Origin: Octopus sinensis
Lineage: Eukaryota
DNA: 64,000 nt
Assembly (NCBI RefSeq): GCF_006345805.1
Contig: NC_043013.1
Coordinates: 7,006,001 to 7,070,000, forward strand
Direction: 5' to 3'
The position numbers were made by a program, and so were the translations under genes. Position 1 is the stretch's first letter. Each line of letters opens with the position of its first letter. The notes below the pieces were generated by a model. The model did not search any database. It was not told the origin of the DNA and saw nothing but the letters and a program-made list of their open reading frames with translations. Below, piece after piece: positions 38,745 through 51,365 of this stretch.

Positions 38745-39414
38745 ATATATATATATTATATTATATATATATATTTACAGCGTTTTTGGTAAATTTGGCG
38801 AAGTACCCCCCGTCGCATTCACTAAGGAAAAACACACCCACGGATCTTTTACGAGGTATCAAGTACCCTGACCGTCTAATGTGCCGTAAACCCGTTATTT
38901 TTGTTCGGAAAAAAAGGTGGGGTGGAAAGCCGGAAGCCACTCCCACTATCCCGGAATCATTGGAATTTTTTTCCGTTAAATGAATTACGGTGACCTCTTA
39001 ATATGCTACAATACACTTTTTTTTTTGTCCGGGAGACGGAAGTTGAGGTGGGGTGGAACCCTCGGAAATTCTCCACCACTACCACCACCATTTTACAGAA
39101 ATCCGTTTTTGAGAGTTTGGATTACATGGTTCGTTCTTAAATAAATATTTAAGAGTTGGTACTATATAAATTAGTATGTTAACATTTATATTGTGTGTAT
39201 TTTATGCTAAAAGTATTTTTTTCGGAAGTCGTAGTCTACGAAATGTGTGTGTGTGTGTGTGTTGTGTGTGTGTGTGTGCGCGTGTGGTTCGTTGCTAAAT
39301 AGATATTTACAAGTTGTTCTTATATGAATTAATATGTTAACATTTGTATTGTGTGTATTATGTCATAGTCTACGAAATGCGTGTGTATATATATATATAT
39401 ATATATATACATAT

Positions 39415-39825
39415 ATTTCTTTATTGCCCACAAGGGGCTAAACATAGAGGGGACAAACAAGCACAGACAAAGGTATTAAGTCGATTACATCGACCCCCAG
39501 TGCGTAACTGGTACTTTATTTATCGACCCTGAAAGGATGAAAGGCAAAGTCGACCACGGCGGAATTTGAACTTAGAACGTAGCGGCAGAAGAAATACCTA
39601 TTTCTTTATTACCCACAAGGGGATAAACACAGAGAGGACAAACAAGGACAGACAAACGGATTAAGTCGATTACATCGACCCCAGTGCGTAACTGGTACTT
39701 ATTTAATCGACCCCGAAAGGATGAAAGGCAAAGTCGACCTCGGCGGAATTTGAACTCAGAACGTAACGGCAGACGAAATACTGCTAAGCATTTCGCCCGG
39801 TGCGCTAACGTTTCTACCAGCTTGC
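39415..39825 (-). mobile_element. SINE A1 dimer
   Basis: Same tail-to-internal junction (gaaatacc|tatttcttt at 39598). Confidence 0.85.
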
Positions 39826-39904
39826 ATCCGTGAATTTTTTGAGTATGACGGAAAAGCTATTGGATTCTTTCGGAACCATGTTGACCTGCCCACCACTGTG
39901 ATAT

Positions 39905-40375
39905 ACTCTTTTACTCTTTTACTTGTTTCAATCATTTGACTGCGGCCATGCTAGAGCACCGCCTTTAATCGAGCAACTCGACCCCGGGACTTATTCTTTT
40001 GTAAGCCCAGTACTTATTCTATCGGTCTCTTTTGCCGAACCGCTAAGTAACGGGGACATAAACACACCAGCATCGGTTATCAAGCAATGCTAGGGGGACA
40101 AACACAGACACACAAACATACATGCACACACATATATATATATACATATATACGACAGGCTTCTTTCAGTTTCCGTCTACCAAATCCACTCACAAGGCAT
40201 TGGTCGGCCCGAGGCTATAGTAGAAGACACTTGCCCAAGGTGCCACGCAGTGGGACTGAACCCGGAACCATGTGGTTGGTAGACAAGCTACTTACCACAC
40301 AGCCACTCCTGCGCCTAACCCGGAACCATGTGGTTGGTAGACAAGCTACTTACCACACAGCCACTCCTGCGCCTA
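39905..40375 (-). mobile_element. SINE family B with tandem-duplicated 5' head segment
   Basis: cccggaaccatgtggttggtagacaagctacttaccacacagccactcctgcgcct occurs twice (40261-40315, 40320-40375). Confidence 0.85.
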
Positions 40376-40559
40376 TGTCCACAATGTCAGAGTGAATGTG
40401 TCTGGAGATGTAGAAGGCGTCACTAAATCTAAAATCGTCCTCACTGTGGCTATTCTGTATCGGACTTTCAAGGATACTCACTTCATCATGCACACATTTC
40501 TCCATGGAAAATCGTTCTTTCCGTAAACGAATTTCCACATCGTTCTTGGAACCATATCA

Positions 40560-41070
40560 CGGTGATGGAAAACCAGGAATTGTGTTCAACATCTACTGTA
40601 GACTGGAGGTTATTCTGTTGTGAAGTAACAGAAAAGTGGCTTCACAAAGAGGAACCTATAGTCGGCGAGTCAACTGAGATCGAAATTGATGAGACCTTAA
40701 TTGTCAGCCGGAAATACCGGAGGGGTCGAATTCTGAGCCAAGTTTGGTTGTCTGGTGGAATAGAGCGGACCAGTAAGCGTCGTTTTGTTGTGCCACTTAT
40801 TAACAAGAAGGTGACAAAGAGACACTGGTTCCTCTGATCCAGGCATGTATCAAACTTAGCTCAGTTATTTATAGTGATTCTTGGGCTACCTACAAAAATT
40901 TAAGCAGTTTGGGCTATCACCATTATGTGATAAAACGTTCTGAAAATTTCATTAATGAAACGCACACACACACACAAAACATTGAACGTTTGTGGAGGGA
41001 CATCAAAGAGTGGATAAGAAGTCCAGATATTCGGTCAAAATATTTGCATCAATACCTGACCAGATATTAA
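40560..41070 (+). pseudogene. Merlin/ISXO2-like (IS1016-related) DDE transposase relic
   Basis: EIEIDETLIVSRKYRRGRILSQVWLSGGIERTSKRRFVVP, then after a frameshift IYSDSWATYKNLSSLGYHH...ENF...HTQNIERLWRDIK. Confidence 0.85.
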
Positions 41071-41208
41071 TTTATCTTATCGGAGAAAAATAAAACACTA
41101 CTACTCCACAATTTTTTTCGAGAAATATCCTAACTATATGTACCCCTCTCAGACCAGCTGAGTCCTTCGACTACATAATCACAATTCCGGCGGGTGGTGG
41201 TGTTCATA

Positions 41209-42098
41209 CAGATTTGCACCTCCCCTTGAAAAATGCATTTTTCTGAAAAAGTTTATTCGGATTCCGAGGTTTTCCATGTCAGAAAAAAAAAATTTATTCC
41301 CACCCCCACCCTCTCTCCGCAACCTACCCCTCACACACCTCCAATTTTTAAATGTATTTTTGTATATTGAAGTGTGGAAATTTCAATAAAGCCGGTATGT
41401 AAAGTGCACTTTCTATGTTCATTTGGCTAAACTATAAAAATTGTTGTTAAAAGGCGTAGGAGTGGCTGTGTGGTAAGTAGCTTGCTTACCAACCACATGG
41501 TTCTGGGTTCAGTCCCACTGCGTGGCACCTTGGGCAGGTGTCTTATATTATAGCCTCGGGCCGACCAAAGCCTTATGAGTGGATTTGGTAGATGGAAACT
41601 GAAAGAAGCCCGTCGTATTTTGTATATATATTTGTATGTGTGTGTATATGTTTGTGCATCTGTGTTTGTCCCCCACCCCCAATATCGCTTGACAACCGAT
41701 GCTGGTGTGTTTACATCCCCGTAACTTAGCGGTTAGGCAAAAGGGACCGATAGAATAAGTACTAGGCTTCCAAAGAATAAGTTCTGGGGTCGATTTGCTC
41801 GACAAAAGGCGGTGCTCCAGCATGGCCGCAGTCACATGACTGAAACAATTGAAAGAGAGTAAAAGAGTAAGAGTAATATCCCCGTATTTTACCCCGTTAC
41901 ATACCTGCTTTAATGAAATTTCCACACTTTAATATACGGCAACACATTTAAAATTGGAGGGAGGGTAGGTTGAGAGGGAGGGGGGTTAAACATTTTTTTA
42001 ATCTTTTTTTGCATATTCGTATTCTCCGACATGTAAAACCTAGGAACCCGAATAAACTTTTTCAGAAAAATGCATTTTTCAAGGGGAGGTGCGAACTG
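41209..42098. mobile_element. Foldback/MITE-like element with ~195-bp imperfect inverted arms, interrupted by a SINE B (41453-41876)
   Basis: 41209-41402 is the reverse complement of 41897-42098 (gcacctccccttgaaaaatgcattttt...gaaatttca.taaagc.ggtatgtaa). Confidence 0.75.
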
Positions 42099-42307
42099 CA
42101 TTAGCCCCATACCAAAAATTTCGTGATTCTACTGGGTGCATCCAATAGCTTTTCCGTCGTCCTCAAAAACTTCATGGGTGCGAAAAACCAAAACCGACGT
42201 CCACGATAGGTATGTAAAACATTTCTGTGTGTTTTTCTCTGTTTATTCGGATAAGCTGTAAAAAGTGTTGCGTGCACACACAAACACAAAAATTCTCCTG
42301 ACATTTA

Positions 42308-42546
42308 GCTGTTATATTTAGCATATCGACATTTTCAGATTTAGACAGCGTGAGGGTTGTGGATCAATTTAAGAGTTTTTCATAGAAAATTTGAAATTGA
42401 AAATAAAATTTTAAAATTCCATATTCTTAATCTCCGTATTTTTCCACGTAGATTGAAAAATGAAATTCGCAAAAAGTTAAAAATTTTTAATTTGGGGGAA
42501 ATTTAAAATTTCGGAAACGTTCAGCGGGAAATACGCAACTTTTATC

Positions 42547-42588
<42 letters not shown>

Positions 42589-43085
42589 ATCTATCCTCTT
42601 CTCCCCACTCCCACTACACACACACAAAAATGAAACCCATTCGAGTTTCAACGCGAAATATGCAAAGTGAAAGTAATTTGTTTTCTAAAACGCTGCCACG
42701 CAGCAATCTGCACTGTTATTTTTAGCATATCGATATTTTCAGATTCAGACAGCGTGAGGGTTGTAGATCAATTTTGGAGTTTTTCCATAGAAAATTTGAA
42801 ATTAAAAAAAATTTTTCATATTATTAATCTCCGTATTTTCCCACGCAGATTGAAAAATGAAAATCGCAAAAAGTTAAAAATTAAAAATTTGGGGAAAATT
42901 TAAAATTTCGGAAACGTTCAGCGGGAAATATGCAATTTTTATCCTCTCTCTCTCTCTCTTCTATCTATCCCCCTCTCCTCACTCCCACCACACACACAAA
43001 TGAAACCCATTCGAGTTTCAGCGGGAAATATGCAAAGCGAAAGTAATTTGTTTTCTAAAACGCTGCCACACAGCCGTCTGCACTG
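42308..43085. repeat. Diverged tandem duplication, two ~390-bp units
   Basis: tttagcatatcga...gacagcgtgagggttg...cggaaacgttcagcgggaaata...aaaacgctgccac repeated. Confidence 0.85.
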
Positions 43086-43824
43086 AATTCTCAGCATCGT
43101 GCTTTGGATAGTGGAGATATCACATTTTTCTAAACTTTTGACGTTTGGTATCTTATCTTGCCCCTCCTTTTATGTTACAGATGTTGCACAGACAGCTCAT
43201 GTGAAAGGTTTCAAGTTTCTATTTAATATATGTCAGCAGTAGGGAGTCCATGCAAACATTGTGCTCAAAATAGAGGATATATATGCGCATATGCATAGAC
43301 AGGCATGGCTCTGAAGATATGATGACTAGACAGATTGTGTGGTCAGAAAGTTTGCTTCCTAACCACGAGAAGTTTATTCTCGGATTCAGTTTCACGGCTG
43401 GGCAATTTGGCCAAGCGTTATCTACTGTAGTTCCGGCTTGGCCAAGTAAAAAAAAAAACCTGTCGCCAACATAAAACACATACACACACATGCAAACACA
43501 CACACACACACACATGCAAACACACACACACACACACAGAGTATTTTCTCTTGAGTTAAATTTCGGGAAATTGTTTGGTTATCTTTAAGCGCTTCTTTGC
43601 AGGTTGTTTTTTTTTTTAATCTGGAACCAAGAGTAATTTATTTCTTTTTTTAAATTCAAATTACAATGAACATAAACAAACAAACGAAGTTTGCTTTTAG
43701 AAGCGTTGAGATGTCTTAGAAAGTTAAAGAAATGATTTTAAATTCTCAAACGCAGGATAACGCTAATAATATAGCCTGAACAGGATGAGCTACCCCCTAT
43801 TTTGCAGAAAAACAAAGTGTTGTT

Positions 43825-43900
43825 GGCCGGCTGTGAGATCCGAACTCACACCTCCGTGATTACGTGTCGCGGTGCCCTGACCCAATTAAGCTAAACCGCC
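43825..43900 (-). pseudogene. Degenerate tRNA-Thr(CGT)-like sequence (pseudogene or SINE head)
   Basis: GGCGGTTTAGCTTAATTGGGTCAGGGCACCGCGA-CACGTAA-TCACGGAGGT-GTGAGTTCGGATCTCAC-AGCCGGCC. T-stem perfect; mismatches in acceptor and anticodon stems; A at position 33. Its 3' flank is duplicated at 43990-44145. Confidence 0.5.
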
Positions 43901-44959
43901 CACACCACAATTTTTTCTGCAAATTTAAGATATATAGAAATCTCGCTTTATGAGAGGCTCTCATACGTTAAATTCAAATTACGATGAATGTAAAAACAAA
44001 CGAAGTTTGCTTTTAGAAGCGTTGAGATGTCTTAGAAAGTTAAAGAAGTGATTTTAAATTCTCAAACGCAGGATAATGCTAATAATATAGCCGGAACAGG
44101 ATGAGCTACCCCCTATTTTGCAGAAAAAAGTGTTGTCGGCCGGAACACTTTTTTCTGCAAAATAGGAGTAGCTTGTCCATTTCGTTTTTTGTTTGGACAT
44201 TCTGTTCCAGTTGTTGAATATTATAGTTACCCAAAGAATCGTTCGATCTACACTGTTCCTGTTCCTAACCAACCATGTACTGTACGATATTTCCAATTAG
44301 GTGGCGAGCTGGCAGAATCGTTAGCACGCCGGACGAAATGCTTAGCGGTATTTCATCTGCCGTTATGTTCTGAGTTCAAATTTTTGGGAAGAGGGCCAGT
44401 CGACTAGATCGACTCCAGTACGCAACTGGCACTTAATTTATCGACTCCGAAAGGATTAAAAGCAAAGTCGACCTCGGCGGAATTTGAACTCAGAACGTAA
44501 AAACAGACGAAATACCACTAAGCATTTTGACTGGCGTGCTAACGATTCAGCCAGCTCGCCGCCTTAATAAAGGTTATAAATATTAGATTTTAAAAATTGT
44601 AGATAGAATTGGTCGAAAACAGCCGTCGGCCTTTTCTATCCGAGCAGGGGTTTGTTTTGACCTACTATTTACACGGTCTCATTTATGGCCTTATCGACTT
44701 CGAGATCCACTGTTCCGAAAAGAAATATTATTTTCTCATTATTTCAGGTTTATTTATACATAGCAAAGTATTATGTTTTATGAATTGGGTTGTTAATTTC
44801 TATAAAATTAGATCTATATTCAAGCATTGATCGGTTGAGAAAAATTGAATGAACTAGATTCATTCAATTGAATGACCTAGTACTGATATTCTAGGTCCTA
44901 GAATGTCAATGCTACTTGAAAATGAGAGATACAAAGAACACAAAACTCATACAAATAAA

Positions 44960-45600
44960 CAAATAAACATATCCATCAATCCCATACTGCTAAATAAGGC
45001 ATCAATTTTTGCTAGGAAAACTCTCGGATTAAAAGAGAAGTAATGGATATTATAAAAGAAGCTAGAAAGACGATTATAGGATAAAAAGAAAACTTCTGGG
45101 CGTGGAAGTGTTTCGACATAACCATGGATTAGAGTGGCTCTGTTCAAATGACTAATCTAGCAGGCATTTACAGTTTATGTTGCATAAGCGTGGAATTTCC
45201 GGAACTTAGGGGCGGATTGTACAGGGACGATGCTCTGTTTAAAGTACAAAATTGTAACTACGTATACGCATATTACAGAATTATAGGAAGAAGTCATCAT
45301 ACTATTTCTATCGTCATTTATAACTTAGGCTATAAATAGGAACTAATTATGCAATAGTAGAGTTAATTTTCTGCATACCACACTAGAACTTAGCACTGGA
45401 ATACATCACCCTTTCCATAAGCAAAATGAGAACGTAAGTAGGGGATCTATTCACCCGAAAACTATCATAAACTCCATACCCATGACAGCGTTTGCTAGAA
45501 TCTCTCGGCTATAGGCAAATAGAAACATTTTAAAAGACACAAATGAGAACATTTTTAAGTGACACTGCAACATGGTATTTGCCGAGGCCAGTCACAGCAG
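44960..45600 (+). pseudogene. Penelope-like element reverse transcriptase relic
   Basis: Frameshifted motifs: YPSI..LLNKASIFARK; FDITM; GGLYRDDALF (RT YxDD); VNFLHTTLELSTGIHHPFHKQNE...SIHPKTIINSIP...ARISRL. Confidence 0.75.
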
Positions 45601-46054
45601 AAAAATCTGATATATCTCACATGGCGATTCATGTATGAGTAATAACATCACATCATGAGCAAAATTTGACTCACGTTTGAACCAGGGAGGTAACGGGGGA
45701 GGAATTCCAAGTTACAGGAGAAATAGATACAATAAGAAATGAAATACAAAAATTCGCTTTATAGTTGAGCTATCGGAGAGTGGGACGCTCCACATAAGCA
45801 ACAAATCGCAGACGTTAATGGAACACAACGGCAAGGAATAACAGAAGTTATATCTGGATTATAACAGAAGGTTAGGATCTGGATTTTCAGATAATTTGAA
45901 TAGTAATCAAAATTCTAATTTTCAATTTTCTATTCTGAATGTCTGTAGATGTACTTCTGGTGGTAAACACCTGGGCTATGTACCATAATTGATGTATGTT
46001 TTTATATATATATATATATATATATATTATTATATATTATATATATAACATATA

Positions 46055-46087
<33 letters not shown>

Positions 46088-46089
<2 letters not shown>

Positions 46090-47659
46090 TAAGGTATGTG
46101 AGAAATATACAACATGGACAGGAACGTATAACTCATAGAAGAATACAATAAACATGGACAGGACATTCGAACCCCTCAGTCTTCAGTCAAGAACCGGATC
46201 ATCGTAGTAATTTCGGCTGATTAATCTTGAGATTACTAGATCGCGGCCAGCCCTCCAAGAAAAACTAAGCTGGAAGCGTAGATTTCCTGGAAGAGGATCG
46301 AATGCATACGAACACCAGGACAGCAAAAGGGACAGATATAAAAAAACAAAAAACAATAATGGAACAGAAACATGAAATACAGAAGCATTAACGGTGAAAA
46401 CAACAAGTGTCTTACGACTGATAACAAGCAAACAAATTTTTTCTCTGGCGCATTGGAAAAAGCTTTATAGCGGCGGACGAAGAACAACGATGTTAACACG
46501 ACGAGGTCAGGAGCTGAAAGGCAGATTTCGGCCAACAGTCACGTGACAGAGAAGAGGGAAAAGAAAAGAAAGAGAAGCAAAGGAAGAGAGAGAGAAAGGG
46601 GGGACAAAACGCAACAAAAGAGAGAAGAGAGAGAAAGAAGGAATCAGAGAGAGAAGGATGGGTGTCGAAGAATGACCTGTGAGTGCAGAGCGAGACAAAG
46701 AAATAGGAGGGTAGTGAAGACTAGACCAAAGGATCAAGGAAAGAGAAGATGAATAGAGAGAAAGTAAAAATGAAGAGAGAGAGAGACAAACAGAGAGTCG
46801 TACCAATTATTAAGAATATGTGTTCACATTAATGATAAAGGGGGTACGGGGCGCCTGGAATATATGTTAAGGTATGTAGAAAATATACAACATGGACAGG
46901 AACGTATAACTCATAGAAGACGATACAATAAACATGGACAGACATTCGAACCCCTCAGTCTTCAGTCAAGAACCGGATCATCGTAGTAATTTCGGCTGAT
47001 TAATCTTGAGATTACTAGATCGCGGCCAGCCCTCCAAGAAAAACTAAGCTGGAAGCGTAGATTTCCTGGAAGAAGGATCGAATCATACGAACCAGGACAG
47101 CAAAAGGGACAGATATAAAAAAACAAAAAACAATAATGGAATACAGAAACATGAATACAGAAGCATTAACGGTGAAAACAACAAGTGTCTTACGACTGAT
47201 AACAAGCAAACAAATTTTTTCTCTGGCGCATTGGAAAAAGCCTTTATAGCGGCGGACGAAGAACAACGATGTTAACACGACGAGGTCAGGAGCTGAAAGG
47301 CAGATTTCGGCCAACAGTCACGTGACAGAGAAGAGGGAAAAGAAAAGAAAGAGAAGCAAGGAAGAGAGAGAGAGAAAGGGGGGACAAAACGCAACAAAGA
47401 GAGAAGAGAGAGAAAGAAGGAATCAGAGAGGAGAAGGGATGGGTTCGAAGAATGACCTGTGAGTGCAGAGCGAGACAAGAAATAGGAGGGTAGTGAAGAC
47501 TAGACCAAAGGATCAGAGGAAAGAAAGATGAATAGAGAGAAAGTAAAAATGAGAGAGAGAGAGAGACAAACGAGAGTCGTACCAATTATTAGAATATGTT
47601 CACATTAATGATAAAGGGGGTACGGGGCGCCTGGTATATATGTTAAGGTATGTAGAGAA

Positions 47660-47665
<6 letters not shown>
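46088..47665 (-). repeat. Tandem repeat of two ~775-bp units plus the start of a third; resembles a Penelope-type terminal repeat
   Basis: Units differ mainly by small indels. Minus strand contains gtcacgtgac, ctataaag and a ctgaaga...ttcgaatgtc motif. Confidence 0.8.
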
Positions 47666-47709
<44 letters not shown>

Positions 47710-48181
47710 TCGCGCACACACAAACAGGCACACACACACACATAAACACACTTACACACACTCAGACACACATATACATATATGAAGTTATAAATGACGA
47801 CAGAAATAGTATGGTGAAAATTATTTAACCACTGGAAAACTTAATGTCTGAGACATGAATTTTCCAATGGTTAAAAAAATTTCATCATACCATTTCTCGA
47901 CCTTGATGCGATGACCACAGACGTAAGTGGACAGATTAACAAAATAAGAAAAAATTATAATATAGGTAATAAAAACATTTTTGCTTTAAATATTATTGGT
48001 ATATCTTTATAATAAATAGCCTATTCAAGAGATAATTTTATATTATTGAAATCAACTTTTATCTATGCGAGCCCGGCTAAGAAAATGTAAACATTGAGAT
48101 ATGCGATGCGTTCACAGTAACCTTTAGCTTTCGCTAACCTTTCAAAAGTTTTAATGGCGATGTATATATAGAGTGGCTATA

Positions 48182-48595
48182 GGCGCAGGAGTGGCTGTGT
48201 GGTAAGTAGCTTGCTAACCAACCACATGGTTCCGGGTTCAGTCCCACTGCGTGGCATCTTGTGCAAGTGTCTTCTGCTATAGCCCCGGGCCGACCAATGC
48301 CTTGTGAGTGGATTTGGTAGACGGAAACTGAAAGAAGCCTGTCGTATATATGTATATATATATATGTGTGTGTTGTGTGTCTGTGTTTGTTCCCCTAGCA
48401 TCGCTTGACAACCGATGCTGGTGTGTTTACGTCCCGTCACTTAGCGGTTCGGCAAAAAAAAGACCGATAGAATAAGTACTGGTCTTACAAAGAATAAGTC
48501 CCGGGGTCAAGTTGCTCGATTAAAGGCGGTGCTCCAGCATGGCCGCAGTCAAATGACTGAAACAAGTAAAAGAGAAAAGAGAAAGAGAAAAAGAG
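48182..48595 (+). mobile_element. SINE family B, full length
   Basis: As 19482. Confidence 0.85.
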
Positions 48596-48861
48596 ATAAC
48601 TGTAATAATAACATTTAGAATAACATACTTATATTTTCCATAAAATATCTATTATCATTTGGTGGTAAGTAACACAATTTGGATTACAAAAAACCTTTAT
48701 TTTTCAATAAAAATATTTTACAGCAGTTGCAATTAAAACAAAAAAACATTATAGATCTTCTTTACTTCCTATCAAGATAAATAATATTAATAAAACATCA
48801 AACCTGCTACGTGTATTTATCTAAATCCCATCAAATTTCTCACAATTATTACTAGCTGTTT

Positions 48862-50081
48862 CTAAATGTCTCTTATATCACAAGATTCATCATATATACC
48901 ATCATCGTAAGGATTCCAGTCTGGTTCTGGTGAATCGATTTCGATTTCGTCGTCGCTATTGTACAGAATATCATCTTCGTTACCATCTGTGGCATTACAG
49001 ATACCGCATTCTTTTAATGATTTTATCACATTTTCTACTTTCACTTTGTCCCATGCTTTTATAACAAAATCACAGGGAACATAGCACGCATAGCTCCACC
49101 TTTTGTAAAAGGTTTTTCCCCATTCATCATCCAGTCATTCCATTGCTCTCTCACATTATCTTTAAATGGTTTGTTTAAACTGACATCAAGTGGCTGCAAT
49201 ATAGAAGTCAAACCATCAAGAATAACAGCAATATCAGTATTGGTTTTGGATAACCGGGTTTTAGTATTTGCCGTTACGTGGCTACGAAGCATATCCCAAA
49301 CTGCGTTTGTTTCGTATGTTACCTGATCGCCTGTTCCAAATATTCTCAATCCATAATTTCACACCATTCTCGTCCATCCACCCTTTCTCGTGAAAATGAA
49401 CAAAAACGCCATGAGCGAAGTCTATTTTTGGGCTTTGTTTTATGTTTGAAAATAACCATGGGTTTTAATTTTGTACCGTCAGCCATGCAGGATAATATCA
49501 CCATAAACCTCGTTTTCTCATATATCCCGTGCTTTTAACGTGTACTGTTTTTAACCCTTTCAAATCTAGCGTTTTGTTACCCAGCATTTCAAAGTTTAAT
49601 GGAGTTTCATCCATATTTCCAATATGAGACAATGGAAACTGATGCCTTTTTCTCAGCTGGATGAGAAACTGGAGAAAACTGGTTACTTTGTGATCGAGAT
49701 CTCTTGGGAGTTTTTGGGGCTATTTTTGTCTTCTCCCTTATTACCAGATTATTTTCTGTTCATAAAACTCTTACACCAGCTTACTGTTGCTTTAAAATCT
49801 TTACTTTCTAAATTATATGATTTAGGGCATAAGATCTTATTTTATTTCGACTTACAATCATGTCATCTGCTCGAGTACCTATTTTCCAACTTCGGTCAAC
49901 GAGTGCTTCCTCTTCTCATTGGACATTTTTGTTGGTGCATTTGTCTTAATTTTTCCTCATTCTTTCTCCACTCTCGTACCATCTTCTCGGTAACATCGTA
50001 TGTTCTAGCAGCAGCGCAGTTGTTCGGACTCTTGGCTACTGTTATAACTTTCAATTTTCTTCTTTTTGCTGATGGTTGCAT
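48862..50081 (-). pseudogene. pogo/Tigger-family (POGK-like) transposase relic
   Basis: KLKVITVAKSPNNCAAARTYDVTEKMVREWRK (Brinker-type HTH), GNMDETPL, EKGWMD, VWDMLRSH, GLTSILQPLDVSLNKPFKDNVRE. Many stops and frameshifts. Confidence 0.88.
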
Positions 50082-50163
50082 ATTGGTATGGGTATAAAAT
50101 AATTATAAATTTCGCTGGACTAGAGAGTTTGTCTTTTTATATGAAGTATAGGTAAATGGTTGT

Positions 50164-50537
50164 GGAGGCGCAATGGCCCAGTGGTTAGGGCAGCGGACTC
50201 GCGGTTTCGATTCCCAGACCGGGCGTTGTGAGTGTTTATTGAGCGAAAACACCTAAAGCTCCACGAGGCTCCTGCGGGGGATGGTGGTGATCCCTGCTGT
50301 ACTCTTTCACCACAACTTTCCCTCACTCTTACTTCCTGTTTCTGTTGTACCTGTATTTCAAAGGGCCGGCCTTGTCACTCTCTGTGTCAGGCTCAATATC
50401 CCCGAGAATTACGTTAAGGGTACACGTGTCTGTGGAGTGCTCAGTCACTTACACGTTAATTTCACGAGCAGGCTGTTCCGTTGATTCGGATCAACCGGAA
50501 CCCTCGTCGTCGTAACCGACGGAGTGCTTCCATCATC
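50164..50537 (+). mobile_element. SINE family C flanked by a 76-bp direct duplication
   Basis: 50082-50157 is repeated at 50538-50613. Confidence 0.85.
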
Positions 50538-51220
50538 ATTGGTATGGGTATAAAATAATTATAAATTTCGCTGGACTAGAGAGTTTGTCTTTTTATATGA
50601 AGTATAGGTAAATAGTTATTAATACACCAGACTGACTGTAACTGTTTAGAACAGTTCAGTCATAGGAACCGCCAATGTCGTGTTGATGTTAGCAGTTGTT
50701 ATGATAGCGATAAAGTTTTGATAAAGAAGAAGAATCAAGTTCCTCTTATAGGCGAGGTGTGTATGAAAAATCATGATATAGAAACGGATTTGTTATTTTG
50801 TTTATCTTAATTTCTAAGGATATAGTAAGTGAAAAAAAAAAAAAACATTTGTGATGAGATCATCTTTACATGACCAATATTTCTAAAAGGCGGCGAGCTG
50901 GCAGAATCGTTAGCATACCAGGCGAAATGCTTAGCGGTATTTCGTCTGCCGTTACGTTCTGAGTTCAAATTCCACCGATGTAATGACTTAATCCCTTTGT
51001 CTGTCCTTGTTTGTCCCTTCTATGTTTGGCCCCCTGTGAACAATAAAGAAAGAAATTTTTCTAAAGATACATGTTGTTGAAAAAGCTTGCCTGTACACAA
51101 ACGGTTTTGTAATTTAACAGTCGTGTAATATTACAGATATGGGATAAATTCATGAAATATTTTACGAACTTTGATTTCGTCTTATCTAAAGGTCGTCTTA
51201 TACGCGGAAATATACGGTAT

Positions 51221-51276
<56 letters not shown>

Positions 51277-51365
51277 GACAGGCTTCTTTCAGTTTCCCTC
51301 TAACAAATCCACTCACAAGGCTACAGAAGAAGACACGTGCCCAAGGTTCCACGTAGTGGAACCTT

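Noticed and set aside
46170-46200. Hammerhead in the 775-bp tandem unit (CUGAAGA...UUCGAAUGUC, minus strand)
   Set aside because: Stems I and II do not pair and GAAA is incomplete in both units.
49624-50097. 157-aa plus-strand ORF
   Set aside because: Antisense shadow of the pogo transposase relic.
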